Shown here piece by piece: positions 11,720-24,210 of a stretch of 64,000 nucleotides of DNA. The position numbers were made by a program, and so were the translations under genes. The stretch is from positions 4,030,001 through 4,094,000 of the forward strand of contig OZ234493.1 in assembly GCA_965153455.1 (NCBI GenBank), in the 5' to 3' direction. The stretch's first letter is position 1, and each line of letters begins with the position of its first letter. The stretch comes from Sphagnum compactum (lineage: Eukaryota). The notes under the pieces were generated by a model, which was not told the origin of the DNA, did no database searches, and saw only the letters and a list, made by a program, of their open reading frames with translations.

Positions 11720-12920
11720 TAACTTCTGCAGTGGTAAACAAATATGCCCCATACGACGACACCCACTAATCCAAGAGCCGTGTAGGGCTCTCAACTTTTT
11801 TTATTTCAAATCTGAATTTGTATGAAAACCATGTCTTGCACTTTTCCCTATACATGTGGGTAATAGTTTAAACTTTGTCTCTGGTTTTACAGCCATGTGA
11901 GATATGGCCCTAGGTTTCTGCCAACTATTCACAACAAATATACCCATGGTAAACATGATGCACAAATGATCGCCATAGTATATGTAAGCTAGGGCCACAT
12001 TTTGACACCGTAAATGTTCTAAAGGTGTTGTTTGTGGAGTGAGGCTATTAGCACGCAACCAGATTTTGAATAGGGACAAACTTCTACACCTATCAAATTG
12101 AACACATGGGTATGTTACTATTTTCATAGACACAACTAACAGAATGTCTACAAAGGAAAACTTAACATATTTTAACCATCCAGATCATGGATCCATTTGG
12201 GAAGGTTTTTGTCATGTGTTAATTGTCATCTAGATGGGGACCTATAAATAAACAGATTGAGTTGTGGCCTTGTCTTCTTTGGAAATTAACAGCTCAAATG
12301 CCTCCCAAATGTGTGCCGTTAACATGGCCTAATTAGTGCATATGTAAGCGAGCAAGTAAGGGATGACAAGTTGTGGAATTGGGAGTTTACATGGGCTTCA
12401 CAACATGGGGTGAATAAAATGTAGTGCCCGTGTAGCAAATGTGAAGGGAGGGGCTACCCAATTTTGCTTCACGCAAATCATGAACATCTCATTCATAATG
12501 GGAGGCATCCATTATTCAAGGTGTGGAAAGGCCCTAGGCTAATTGACAATTTTAATGAAGAGTGGGCTGCATCAACCAAATCACCACAATAAACAGGGCA
12601 ACAAGTGGTGGATGAGGGCATAAATCTGAGACAACTTTTGGATCATCTTTTCCCACTTGCAAAGATGCAATGAAGGGGTCATTGATGTAACAAATGATAT
12701 TGTACATGACCAACCTGCTGCCTATGGAATGAAAGAATTATAGATTATGCAAGATGCATGTGAGATCAGTTGGCATCCATACTTGAGAGCATGCATGGCT
12801 AATTAAAGGGCATTTGTGATGATGGTGATGTAGCCCAACCCATGGGAGAAGTGAACCCTAGGATGGGAGCAACAAGGGTGGCACTTGACATTGATGGCAT
12901 TTCAAGTGAAATAAACCAGT
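11720..12920. mobile_element. Degenerate CACTA (En/Spm) transposase fragments
   Basis: Plus strand near 12380-12535 reads WEFTWASQHGVNKM*CPCSKCEGRG...HEHLIHNGRHPLFKVWKGP, similar to the transposase-associated CPCxxC...HL domain. Weaker minus-strand fragments lie at 11720-12300. Confidence 0.5.
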
Positions 12921-13179
12921 GCACCACAAAGGATGGATGGTATTTAAGTTTTTCATCTATTTTTATTGTTCATTTATTTTTATTTTTCATCCATAATTAC
13001 TGTTCATCCATGCTCAGTTACTTTTTTATTTATTACCGACCTACTAATAATCTACAAGCAAGATTTTAGTGGGTTGTTAGTAGGTAGGTAGTACAAATAG
13101 TCCATACCTATGTACAAACATATAAACTACAAGCCATCTACATACTTACCAAGTAATCATTTATTTTCCTACCTATCTA

Positions 13180-14600
13180 TCTACTTATATAATATCCTTG
13201 GCTGGTCGTCCTTTCCATCCATCTGTCCCGTCATCCATCATCATCCGTCCCATCATCCGTCCCCTCATCCGGACTGAAGATATTTTGTGACTCCCCATCC
13301 TCCTCCTGTTGCAGCAACCACCCATTCAAGGTCAACGATGATTGGTTGGGCTATCCCCATTATAGTAGTCATATCCTGAACTTCTCAACCACAAAATTTC
13401 AATTAGATTTAAGTTTTAATCATCCACAAGACCTAACCATAATGTTTCATGAGATTGATGTGGCACAACTGCAGATTGCTGCTATAGCAAAAGAGGAAGA
13501 GGAGGAGGATCCAAGCTCGACTTGCGGTGGATGCGAAAGAAGAAGAAGAAAAGGGGAAAGTGGAGTGGTCTCCAACTCCCACTGCAACAGCAAGCTGCTG
13601 TGACCCAAAAGAAGAATCTGTAGATTGTTGCTGCAACAGTAGCAAAGGAAGAGGAGGAGGATCCAAGCTCGACTTGCGGTGGATGCAAAAGAAGAAGAAG
13701 AGGGGAAAGTGTAGTGGTCTCCAACTCTCGCTGCAACAGCAAGTTGTTATGACCCAAGAAAAGAATTTGTAGATTATTGCTGCAGCAGCAGCAAAGGAGG
13801 AAGAGGAGGAGGATCCAAGCTCAAGTTGCAGTGGATGCGGAAGAAGAAGAAGAAGAGGGGAAAGTGGAGTGGTTTCCAACTCCTGCTGCAACAATAAGCT
13901 GTTGTGACCCAAGAGAAGAATCTTCAAATTGTTGCTGCAACATCAGCAAAGGAGGAAGAGGAGGAGGATCCAAGCTCGACTTGCGGTGGATGCAGAAGAA
14001 GAAGAAGAGGGGAAAGTGGAGTGGTCTCCAACTCCCGCTGCAACAGCAACGACAACAACAACCTGGGAATTCCAACAACAACAACAACGGCAATAGCAGT
14101 AAGAAGAGCGAGAGCCGGAGTAGGAACAAGAGCAGAGGTAGGAGCAACAGGAGTTGACGGACGTGGGAGTCATGAGTTCAACTTCCAATGGGTGACCTCG
14201 CAGCAGCAACAACGACAATGGAGCAACTGTTGCAGCCGGTAATGGAACAACTGCTGCAACCAGCAATGGGGCTGCTGCTGCTGCTGCTCCTATGACCCAA
14301 GAGAAGAATCTGCAGATTGCTGCTGCAACAGCAGCAGAGGAGGAAGAGGAGGAGGATCCAAGCTCGACTTGCAGTGGATGTAGAAGAAGAAGAAGAAGAG
14401 GGGAAAGTGGAGTGGTCTCCAACTCCCGCTGCAACAGCAACGACAACAACAACTTGGGAATTCCAACAATAATAACAGCAGCAGCAACAAGAAGAGCGAG
14501 AGCCGGAGCAGGAACAGAAGCAGAGGCAGGAGCAACAGGAGTTGACGGAAGTGGGAGTCATGAGTTCAACCTCCAATGGTTGACCTCGCAGCAATAGCAA
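13180..14600 (+). repeat. Left arm of a long inverted repeat; internal tandem array
   Basis: Reverse complement of 16882-18299. GGATCC sites at 13507, 13659, 13811, 13966 and 14354 give spacings 152, 152, 155, 388. Confidence 0.97.
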
Positions 14601-14639
14601 TAGCAATAGCAATTTCAAGAGTTGGATCATAAAAGATTT

Positions 14640-16330
14640 TACTCACATCCATTCTTGAAAATCTAGAAAGCACACTGTGATTTAACTCCAGCCACAGAAG
14701 TTTTGCATACAGCTCACATGTATGATATTCAAGGAAAGTAGACCTTCAGAGGAAACCTCCAAATTTGAATGAGGGAACACTAAAAAACTTCACCTCTTTT
14801 CTGGCACTATATTACGATACAAAAGTATATCCAGGCAGGTGCTGCTTGCTGATACCTTAAATTTTGTGTCTTCATAGTAGCGTATCACATAACCCCAGCA
14901 AATAAAACTCATACAGTTGCAGCTACTCGTGCACTTTCTGCCAGAAGTGGTTCATGTGTCTCCTTCGTTTTGTGACCTGCATTAATTGGTCACCCACCCC
15001 AAAAATCCAACAACCATCTTTCTTCATCAGCCATGATTGAACTCTGTAATGAAACATTGAAATCTAATGCACAGTATTTGTAAGTTCTGTTTCAACAAAA
15101 CAAATTTTGCATGATCACCACATTAGCCAAAAGGATCATCACATAGACATGATCTAAGAACTATGAGAAGCAAAAAACATTCTATTGTTGTTGAAATGGT
15201 AACAATTTGAGGCTGAGGAGGTATCAATTTGAGGATTAGAAGATACCGATTCATGGAATCAGAAGGTACCAAATTGAGGATGAGAAGGTACCCATTTGAG
15301 GCTGAGAAGAATTATGTAAGGAAACCTACAATTTGAGGTTGGCAGCTGAGTAAAAGATCTAATGTAAGATTTAGAAGAGATTTGACATTCATACCCAAGC
15401 GAGCCATGAAGGCAATTAGCATCAAAGACACTCCTGTCAAGCAGAGATCAGCTCCAAAGAAGATACCAATCACTTTCAGAGACTCGTTGAACAACCAAGA
15501 GCTTATAGCCAGAATTGTGAAAGCCAAGATGATTGATGTTAAGCCACTGATCATCACTGCTGGCCATGTTGTCAGATACCGCAATTGGCATGTCAACAGC
15601 AGCTTCAACACTCCCTGTAAGCTCCCACAACATGATGCCATCAGATCATGGCACAAAGCTCCAACTGTCAAGTGATAGTATAATGGAACATTGTTTCTTT
15701 GATAAAGAGTGGATCTCCATCAGAGAAACCATGATCAAGGGTTAATGGAACTGGGAAGTCGTTCTGAAACTTGCATTGTCCACAGTACCAAGAAGACTGA
15801 GTAACTCACTCATGGCTTCAGGAATCACAACAGGATCTTCAGGAATGGTGATAGGATCCATTGCTGCAATGTTATTCACATCATCTAGTTGCTCAGTGTC
15901 GCTTGGAGCGTTTGGTTCATGCTCCAACAACTCCTGAGCCTCCATTTCATTAAAGAGATCATGAAATGTCGTCAGTGTGGAGGGGATTCCATCGAGAGGT
16001 TGCTGCTTTAGGACGAAGTTGAAATTCTCTCTTGCCTCTTTTTCTTCTTCCAAAGCCACTACGGCATCATGAGTAGGAACTTCTGCCGCCTCTAACTTTG
16101 ATGGAAGGCGTTATGAACACTGTACCAAAAAGTCTTCGTCTTTCTCCTTTTTCCCCTCTGCTTCTGCCATGCCCAAGTCAATCGTCAGGGGTCAATCGTT
16201 AGGCTATCTCTAGATCCATATCTCACCAGCTTCACAAATTCCACTCCTTGCAGGAAGACGATGACTAAAGCTTGGATCACGAAGCTCGCTCTTCCAGAGG
16301 CTCTGCACAACTGCAACTCATCAATACTGG
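14640..16330 (-). pseudogene. Unidentified gene-like fragment in the foldback spacer
   Basis: Acidic protein-like frame LPSKLEAAEVPTHDAVVALEEEKEARENFNF...TTSQFH (about 16110-15742) bounded by stops and a frameshift. Minus-strand splice-like signals occur near 15044, 14977, 14855 and 14646. Confidence 0.45.
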
Positions 16331-16881
16331 CACTCTAATTGCCTTAGACTATCCAAAGTTGGCTCGATGATGTTAACTATTTAAAACCGCAAACATTTCA
16401 GCCCCCCCTTTGCAACAGTTGCTCAAAACTCAAAGTTTTAGTGTATGTAGGAATGAAATGATCAGGGCGCCTGGGCCCACGTCCTAGGTTTTTGCAGAAT
16501 TGACGTAGCCACCTCTCAAGCCATCTGAGGACCCACTTTTGATCTCGGACCCATCAAATCTCTGGGCAGATTGATGGCTGCTAAGCTGCACCCGCGCCAG
16601 TGCTGCACAGTTTTCTTTCACAGCAACAGGTGAGAGGAAGAGGAAGAACCTTGACACCCTTGGAGGCGGCTTGCTTGAACCATGGATCCTCTTGTCCTAT
16701 GGATTCCATTTTGCCCTTCTGTGGTTTCTTCTGGATTTCAGCAGCTGTTGAGAGTGCAGCTCCATTTCTGGTCTTGTTGTTGGCATTCTTTTCTTGGGTC
16801 ATAGCAGCAGCAGCAGCCCCATTGTCGGCTGCAGCAATAGTTGTTCCATTGCCGGCTGCAGCAGCAGTTGCTCCATTGCCG

Positions 16882-18299
16882 TTGCTATTGCTGCGAGGTC
16901 AACCATTGGAGGTTGAACTCATGACTCCCACTTCCGTCAACTCCTGTTGCTCCTGCCTCTGCTTCTGTTCCTGCTCCGGCTCTCGCTCTTCTTGTTGCTG
17001 CTGCTGTTATTGTTGTTGGAATTCCCAAGTTGTTGTTGTCGTTGCTGTTGTAGCGGGAGTTGGAGACCACTCCACTTTCCCCTCTTCTTCTTCTTCTTCT
17101 ACATCCACTACAAGTCGAGCTTGGATCCTCCTCCTCTTCCTCTGCTGCTGCTGTTGCAGCAACAATCTACAGATTCTTCTCTTGGGTCATAGGAGCAGCA
17201 GCAGCAGCCCCATTGCTGGTTGCAGCAATTGCTCCATTACCGGCTGCAACAGTTGCTCCATTGTCGTTGTTGCTGCTGCGAGGTCACCCATTGGAAGTTG
17301 AACTCATGACTCCCACGTCCGTCAACTCCTGTTGCTCCTACCTCTGCTCTTGTTCCTACTCCGGCTCTCGCTCTTCTTACTGCTATTGCTGCTGCTGTTG
17401 TTGTTGGAATTCCCAGGTTGTTGTTGTCGTTGCTGTTGCAGCGGGAGTTGGAGACCACTCCACTTTCCCCTCTTCTTCTTCTTCTGCATCCACCGCAAGT
17501 CGAGCTTGGATCCTCCTCCTCTTCCTCCTTTGCTGATGCTGCAGCAACAATTTGAAGATTCTTCTTTTGGGTCACAACAGCTTATTGTTGCAGCAGGAGT
17601 TGGAAACCACTCCACTTTCCCCTCTTCTTCTTCTTCTTCCGCATCCACCGCAACTCGAGCTTGGATCCTCCTCCTCTTCCTCCTTTGCTGCTGCTGTAGC
17701 AGTAATCTGCAAATTCTTCTCTTGGGTCACGACAACTTGCTGTTGCAGCGGGAGTTCGAGACCACTACACTTTCCCCTCTTCTTCTTCTTTTGCATCCAC
17801 CGCAAGTTGAGCTTGGATCCTCCTCCTCTTCCTTTGCTACTGTTGCAGCAGCAATCTACAGATTCTTCTTTTGGGTCACAGCAGCTTGCTGTTGCAGTGG
17901 GAGTTGGAGACCACTCCACTTTCCCCTTTTCTTCTTCTTCTTTCGCATCCACCACAAGTCGAGCTTGGATCCTCCTCCTCTTCCTCCTTTGCTGTAGCAG
18001 CAATCTGCAGTTGTGCCACATCAATCTCATGAAACATTATGGTTAGGTCTTGTGGATGATTAAAACTTAAATCTAACTGAAATTTTGTGGTTGAGAAGTT
18101 CAGGATATGACTACTATAATGGGGATAGCCCAACCAATCATCATTGACCTTGAATGGGTGGTTGCTGCAACAGGAGGAGGATGGGGAATCACAAAATATC
18201 TTCAGTCCGGATGAGGGGACGGATGATGGGACGGATGATGATGGATGACGGGACAGATGGATGGAAAGGACGACCACCCAAGGATATTATATAAGTAGA
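16882..18299 (-). repeat. Right arm of the long inverted repeat
   Basis: GGATCC sites at 17123, 17508, 17663, 17815 and 17967 (spacings 385, 155, 152, 152) mirror the left arm. Reads TCTACTTATATAATATCCTTGG from 18299 on the minus strand. Confidence 0.97.
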
Positions 18300-18896
18300 T
18301 AGGACCTACTTCTTACAGAAAGGCTTACCCAGGTGAAACCAGCCATTAACCCACTTGAGGTCCATCCTGACTGAGTTGTAATGGGCAATACAGTGAATGG
18401 TGCACTGGTGGGTGCAGGTTCACTCTGGCTGGCTGGGTAAGAGAATCTCCACCCCGCACCGGCAACCAACTCCTTTTAATGATCATCGTCCCCACCCACC
18501 CACAAACGTCATAAAAGTCCCTTTAAACACTCAAAGACCATTTATGTCTTTACATCTGGACGAGTAATAGTCACTGTCCAAATCCATAGTAGAAAAAAAA
18601 AGCTTCTAAAGGGGTTAAAATGACCACTGCAAAATGGACCATCAATACCAGAGAGCAGCAGGATTTGCACTATCCCTGCTGCAAGAAGATTTGGCTCGAG
18701 TGCTGGAGGGTTTTTGCCGATGTGGGGGTGGAGATGCTCTCTCTAAGGGACATTCATGGAGACATTCCTGAAATGCCCTCCCCTGGGAGATTCCCTTTCA
18801 CGTTCTCAAGAGCACATACAAAAAAAAATATAATTGGGAAAATAAGTTTGTCCTTGGGCCCTTAGTTCATGAGTGGCCTCTAGCACCTGTGGTGAA

Positions 18897-19208
18897 CAGC
18901 CTCTTTTTCTAGTGGTGAAATTTTGCCAAAAAGCTAAATTCAAATTTCAAAAATCAAGTGGTTTTTGAGCTTTCCATTTGCCAGAAGTGAGAGGGGAACA
19001 AAAAAAAGTAGTGAAAATCGCCAGATTTTGTACTTGGTTTTTTTAATGTTTAGCCAAAATATAGAAAGATGATTAATGATTTGTATTTCATGTTTGGTTT
19101 ATAGCCAGATTTGACAACCTTACCAGAGACGATTGCTCACTTTTTCTTAATCTTCCTATGGATGATAGCCACTTTGGCTAGAAACCAAAATTCTTTGACA
19201 AAACACTG
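18897..19208. mobile_element. ~310-bp MITE-like element, CAGCC...CACTG termini
   Basis: Starts CAGCCTCTTTTT and ends AAAACACTG. Shares 'aaaatcaagtg', 'aaatcgcca' and 'atagcca' motifs with 7790-7938 and 60094-60400. Confidence 0.5.
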
Positions 19209-19609
19209 CCTGTGAGGGTCAGCGTAAGCTTTGTGAAGAGTAGAGACAAATTGATGAAACCCTGCTAATCATAAATAAATCAAAGCACCCCAAAAAAATA
19301 GGGGGAGTACAAAGAACAAAATGAAAGGACCCACATCCAAGAAGACAAAACGATCACCTAAGAAGGTAAACCACAAAGGGAACATCAAGTTCTCGAAACC
19401 CCTCTTTTTGCAAGAAGCATATCAAATAAGGAAAGGGGAGGACCTCCTAAAAGGATGCCTAGCCTAAAAGAACCCTCAGATACTGTAACAGCACATCTCA
19501 AAATAGAGACCGCTTGCACACACCATAACACCCTTTGTCTCTAAAATGTGTACAAAATTGAGAGAGGAAGGCCTCCAGCTCCCTTCGCTCCCTACAAATC
19601 TAAACACAA

Positions 19610-19853
19610 TAGCTTAAAGGATTTTGGCTCCTATGTAATAGAACTATTTTTATATGAGGATTTTTGAAAGATGATATTTTGGTTTGAAACTTGAGATTAG
19701 TTATAAGAGTTATAATATCTTGAAGGATTTTTGGTTTCTTTTAGAGGATTTCTGAAAGATTATATTTTTGTAGGGTGAAATATTTGAGTTTCCATAATTC
19801 TTCTTTTGCCTTAAGATACTTTTTAATGTAAACGGCAAGGTCACAGTGTGACA
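19610..19853 (+). repeat. Dispersed repeat ending in TGTGACA, copy 2
   Basis: Aligns by eye with 4463-4725. Confidence 0.8.
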
Positions 19854-21049
19854 TGCCCCCTGTTTTTTAATGAGGAAGAAAACATAAAGCCCCTAAAACC
19901 TTAATGTAAACTTAAAACCTAAATCCAAAACCCTAAACATTAACCTACTACCTTAACCTAAATCCAAAACCCTTAACCTTAACCTACTACAGTAAGGCCT
20001 TAGGGTTAGATAAGGGGCCTAGATCAGTGTCTTTTTAGGTTTAGAAAAAAATCAGATTAGAATATAAATTTTAGGCTTTTTAAAATTACATTATATATAT
20101 ATATATATAATTAATTAATTAATGATTAAGAAAATTCTCAAAATTACCTTTAAGGTAAAAGAAGGGGTCAAAATTATAGTGCTAACTGGTTATATTGCCA
20201 ATTTTTCACATTACGGACATCGTCGTATGGACCGCCTCCTCCTCCTTCTTAAAAGAAAGGCTGGCCTACATGATGCCTTCAGCCATGAATTTGGTAATGT
20301 CCCCCCCCCCCCAATGAACCTCACTCATATTCAAGCACCGGGTTAACGTTATGATGAACTTAAACATCTGTAAAGATCTCTTCCTGTTTCGCCTTTGGTT
20401 CTATAGGCCTATTTTGGGGCCAAATTTTGCCGAGTTTGGGGCACTTCCTATGTGATGCATTATTGCACACATAAAGGCCCTTGCTTGGGGGTATTGAACA
20501 CATGTAAGACCCCTTTACAAAGGGATGTTACTATTTATACTAGTTTCAACAGGTTTTCATGAAGGATAAGGCTCACCATTTTGGGTATTCTGGCTGTAAG
20601 CTTGGATATAGGGAGCTTTACAACCATAACACCCTTAAGGGGGAGCCTTATGCTCTAAATAGATCACTAGGGGATGGAGTGGAAGGCACCTTATGCATGG
20701 GTGGACTCATAGTACCTAATCTCTTTTTTTGGGAAAAAAATTGCCAAAGGGTGACACTAATGGAAAAAAACCAATTGTTTTATCACAAATTTTGGTCAAT
20801 TTTTGCTTCTTTTTTTTTTTTTTCTTGGAGAGCATGCTGCCATGATTTTGTCTACTTGCACTTGTTTTAAATATCCTTTATTCCTCTTTTGAGTGGCAAA
20901 TAGTAGTGGGATTCCTTGCAATGTGACTTTGGTCCAAGTGGGAGGTGCCTTCTAATTTAATTTTGAGGATGCATACAATAGGAAATTTCTTCCAATGCTT
21001 TAGAAATAAGACATTTTTTAATCTCTCAAAATTTAAAGGAAAGAAAGTT

Positions 21050-22200
21050 GTTTTATTTAGAGCTATGTAGTTTTGAGTTCAAGTGATTGCCAAGGGTTTC
21101 CAACAATAGCCAAAATTCAGCAACAAGATCAGCACTTACACCTTTGCTTTTGCCATGGCTTACCATGTGCATGCTCTCATTCTTAAGTTTACATTGCCAC
21201 ACCCCAATGGAAAATTCCAGTGCAATAGTTACACAAAATTTGATGATGGGCAAGCATTTCATTGTTTGATCAAGGAATGTGACTTTGACTATTGTCTTGC
21301 TTGTGCTAAGGTTAAGCCTCCAACAAATGTTCAACTTGATTTGTCCTAAACACCTACATCATGTTCTTATCTCCATAAGGTTTCAACAAATCTCCATAAG
21401 GTTTTTGTGGAGCATGGAGGTGTGATATTTGCTAGTGTGAATAAGGCTTGTAGCGGGCTTGCCCATTGTGTAAACTGTGGGTGAAAACCTCCATGAAGCT
21501 TGCGCTCATGTTGCGAATTATGAGGTTTATTTTGATCACCCACATCCAATGGAGCTCCCTATTGTTCAATTTTTATACAAATAGGTGGATGTAAGGAGTT
21601 GTTGTGTGATGCATGATGGATTTACACTTGTTTCTAGTTGCAATTTTGATTTCCTTTTTTATGCTAAGCACCCAAGCATAAGTATCATCATAGGGTTCAC
21701 AATTCCTCCTTATGTTCCATCAAAAATTGCCAAACTATCTTAAAATCTTCAAAATCATTTGTAATGAATGTTTGGGCATCATCACTGATGCATATTGCCA
21801 TTAATTGTGTGATCAATGCAAATACTATGTACTTGCTTTGTGGTCAATCAATGCATATTTGAGTCCTATTTAAACAATTCTAAGTAAATAACTCTAATTG
21901 CTTGAACAGGTGCAACTAATTTAACATGTTGTCCAAGTTCTAAATTGTAAGTATTTTTCATCAAAGAGACAAGATCCTTCGTATAAATGCATCCAACTTA
22001 GCCCCCAACTAGGGTAAAGAGGTCGGTCATAATACACTTGAAAACTTAAACAAATGTTTTGATCTCAATAGACTTCAGTTGCCTTTGTGGTCCAAAGATG
22101 GATTGTAGAGGAGCTTGGGTGCACCAACTACCCTTTAGATCACTAGATTTGGTCTATAGACGCAAAAGATATGGCTTTTGAAAGTTTTCAGCCTCATTGC
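21050..22200 (-). mobile_element. Possible highly degenerate MULE/SWIM transposase remnant
   Basis: Scattered minus-strand pieces (ICISDDAQ; VGDQNKPHNSQHERKLHGGFH; ACTW) occur in the order expected for MULE DDE and SWIM motifs. The match is weak. Confidence 0.3.
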
Positions 22201-22539
22201 CTAAAAAAAAAACACAAAATATTTTAACTTATTTTCAAGCAATGCACACCCTATCAATGCACATACTAAAGTTGACACATGTCACAAATCCATGTTATCA
22301 CCAAACAATTTCAAACTCAAATTGATCATTATCCTTGGTAAAATTGAACACATTTATTCAATGGTTGAAATCAAAACCCTAAAAAAAATAAAACTTTGTT
22401 TAGTGATAAAACCTTAAAGGTTTGGTAGACCTTACTTTTGAACATTCTCCAACGCAATGTCATTCTAGATCTTTAAACCCCCTCACCCCATTCCCTCTCC
22501 TCTCCCCACCCATTGTTGTTTGATAGGGATTAAGCTCCC

Positions 22540-24210
22540 ACCCATACTCTTTTTCGCAAAACTATTGTGACTCTCTCTTGTGAAGCTCTTGCAACATTTG
22601 CTCATGGACCATTTTCTGGAGTTCTTGGAATGTGCTCAATGCATGTTTTTCCATGAAGGTACAACTAGGTGCATCTTTGCAACTTTTTTGAAGATTTAAA
22701 CTAACTTCAAGTTGTTTATGTGTGCAAATGTTCATGTTCATCAAGATGTCTTCTTTTTTATTGATCACAGTGTTCCTTTTAGAGTTTAACAAGCTCCTTT
22801 CCTAGTGTTATATAATAACAACTATTGTTACTCTTGTGTATTCTCTTTTAGTATGAATCTCTGAAGGTGTTCCTTTTAATGTTTTTGAACATCCTTGGCA
22901 TGAATTCCTTAATTATTGTATTTCATGGTTTTCAAAGGAATTTGGTTCTTTCGAGTTCAAACCTTTTGTTAATCTTCAACTAGTGACCCTCATGATGTTC
23001 TTGTTATTCCAGTTGTTGCTCCTCTTCCCAATCCTTTTGTTCATCCTCAAGAGTTGTTATTATTCTTAATCCTCTTGTTCATTTTCAATAGCTACTATTT
23101 TTAACCCTTTATCATTTTCAACCCAACCCCTACTACTATTTGTCCTCATGTTTTATTTCATTGAACATCACTCCCCCCCCCTCCCCCCAATTTCTAACTT
23201 TCGTTGTGTGTCTAAAGTTATTGCAAGGATGTTGCCACTCCCCTTTTCATTTGCATTCGAGCCATGGCTTGTTGTTTGTCATGTTTTCGCAACTCTATTG
23301 TTGAACCAAGGTTCACACCCATATATCCGAAAAGGTGAGTTCACATGCCTTCTTTGAAATTATAGTGAAATATGTTTATTGCCTTTCTAACTTCTCAACC
23401 AAGTGTTCATATACATGGTTAATGATTGTAAGAATCCTAGACATATTCACATAACACTTAGTTTGATTTTGAGATATACCATTAATTGTGGAATCATGAG
23501 TTGTAATTTTTGTTGTTGAACCTATGTTGATGAGCTTTTCTGTAGTTGCATGTTCTATCCATTGCATCTCACCATCCTCCTCATTTGAATGGTAATCATC
23601 ATCTTTTTCTTCCCTAGTCTACAAGGTACTAGGGCTAGTTTTCTCATCCATGGCCCTAAGGGTTAAGTGGTCAAATCCTTGTACCTTTGAACCTTGATAT
23701 AATATAGTTTTGGTAAATGTTTGGTCCAAGGCTTTGTCTACCCATCTTGCCAATGTTATTTTATCTAATTCAATGTACTCTTACATGGGCGAATATTGTC
23801 AATCCCTATGTTTGGCTAATATCCAATCCTTTAGCTTGATGAATGTTGAGCACAAGATATTTCCATTTGAACCAATACTGCCAAGAGGTCCCTAGTACTC
23901 CTTGAAAAGGTGTTGACCTTGTTTGAATGAGTTTTGCGCCTTTCATCTTGAATTATTGTAGGCTAATTGAAAGCCCGACTTCTTACATAGCCAAAATCTA
24001 AACAACCATAACCTAATTTTCCTCTACTATGAACACACCCATTAACCCAAGTTTCTTATATCTTGTTTTTTTCGTACAAGTGATTAAACAATGAGATAAA
24101 GTATATGTTCTAGTGCCTACTCCCTTTCGTAATGAAGTTGTCTCATTTTCAATTACATCCGTGGCATCATCCAATGCTTCATTGGTCCATTTACCTCTAG
24201 TGTCCATAGG
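22540..24210 (-). mobile_element. Internally deleted pogo/Tigger-like (Tc1/mariner, DDE_1) transposase remnant
   Basis: RGKWTNEALDDATDVIENETTSLRK (psq-type HTH), then VWILAM*EVGLSISLQ*FKMK and GTSWQYWFKWK...IHQAKGLDIS (CENP-B-type HTH), joined almost directly to DKITLARWVDKALDQ. The DDE core is missing. Confidence 0.7.

Noticed and set aside
13346-18277. Many overlapping ORFs and a CRISPR-like periodicity
   Set aside because: The ORFs arise from triplet-rich repeats. The units are tandem copies without unique spacers, there are no cas genes, and the context is eukaryotic.
19885-20010. Telomere-like AAACCCT repeats (also near 46620-46800)
   Set aside because: Highly degenerate and short; not a true telomeric array.
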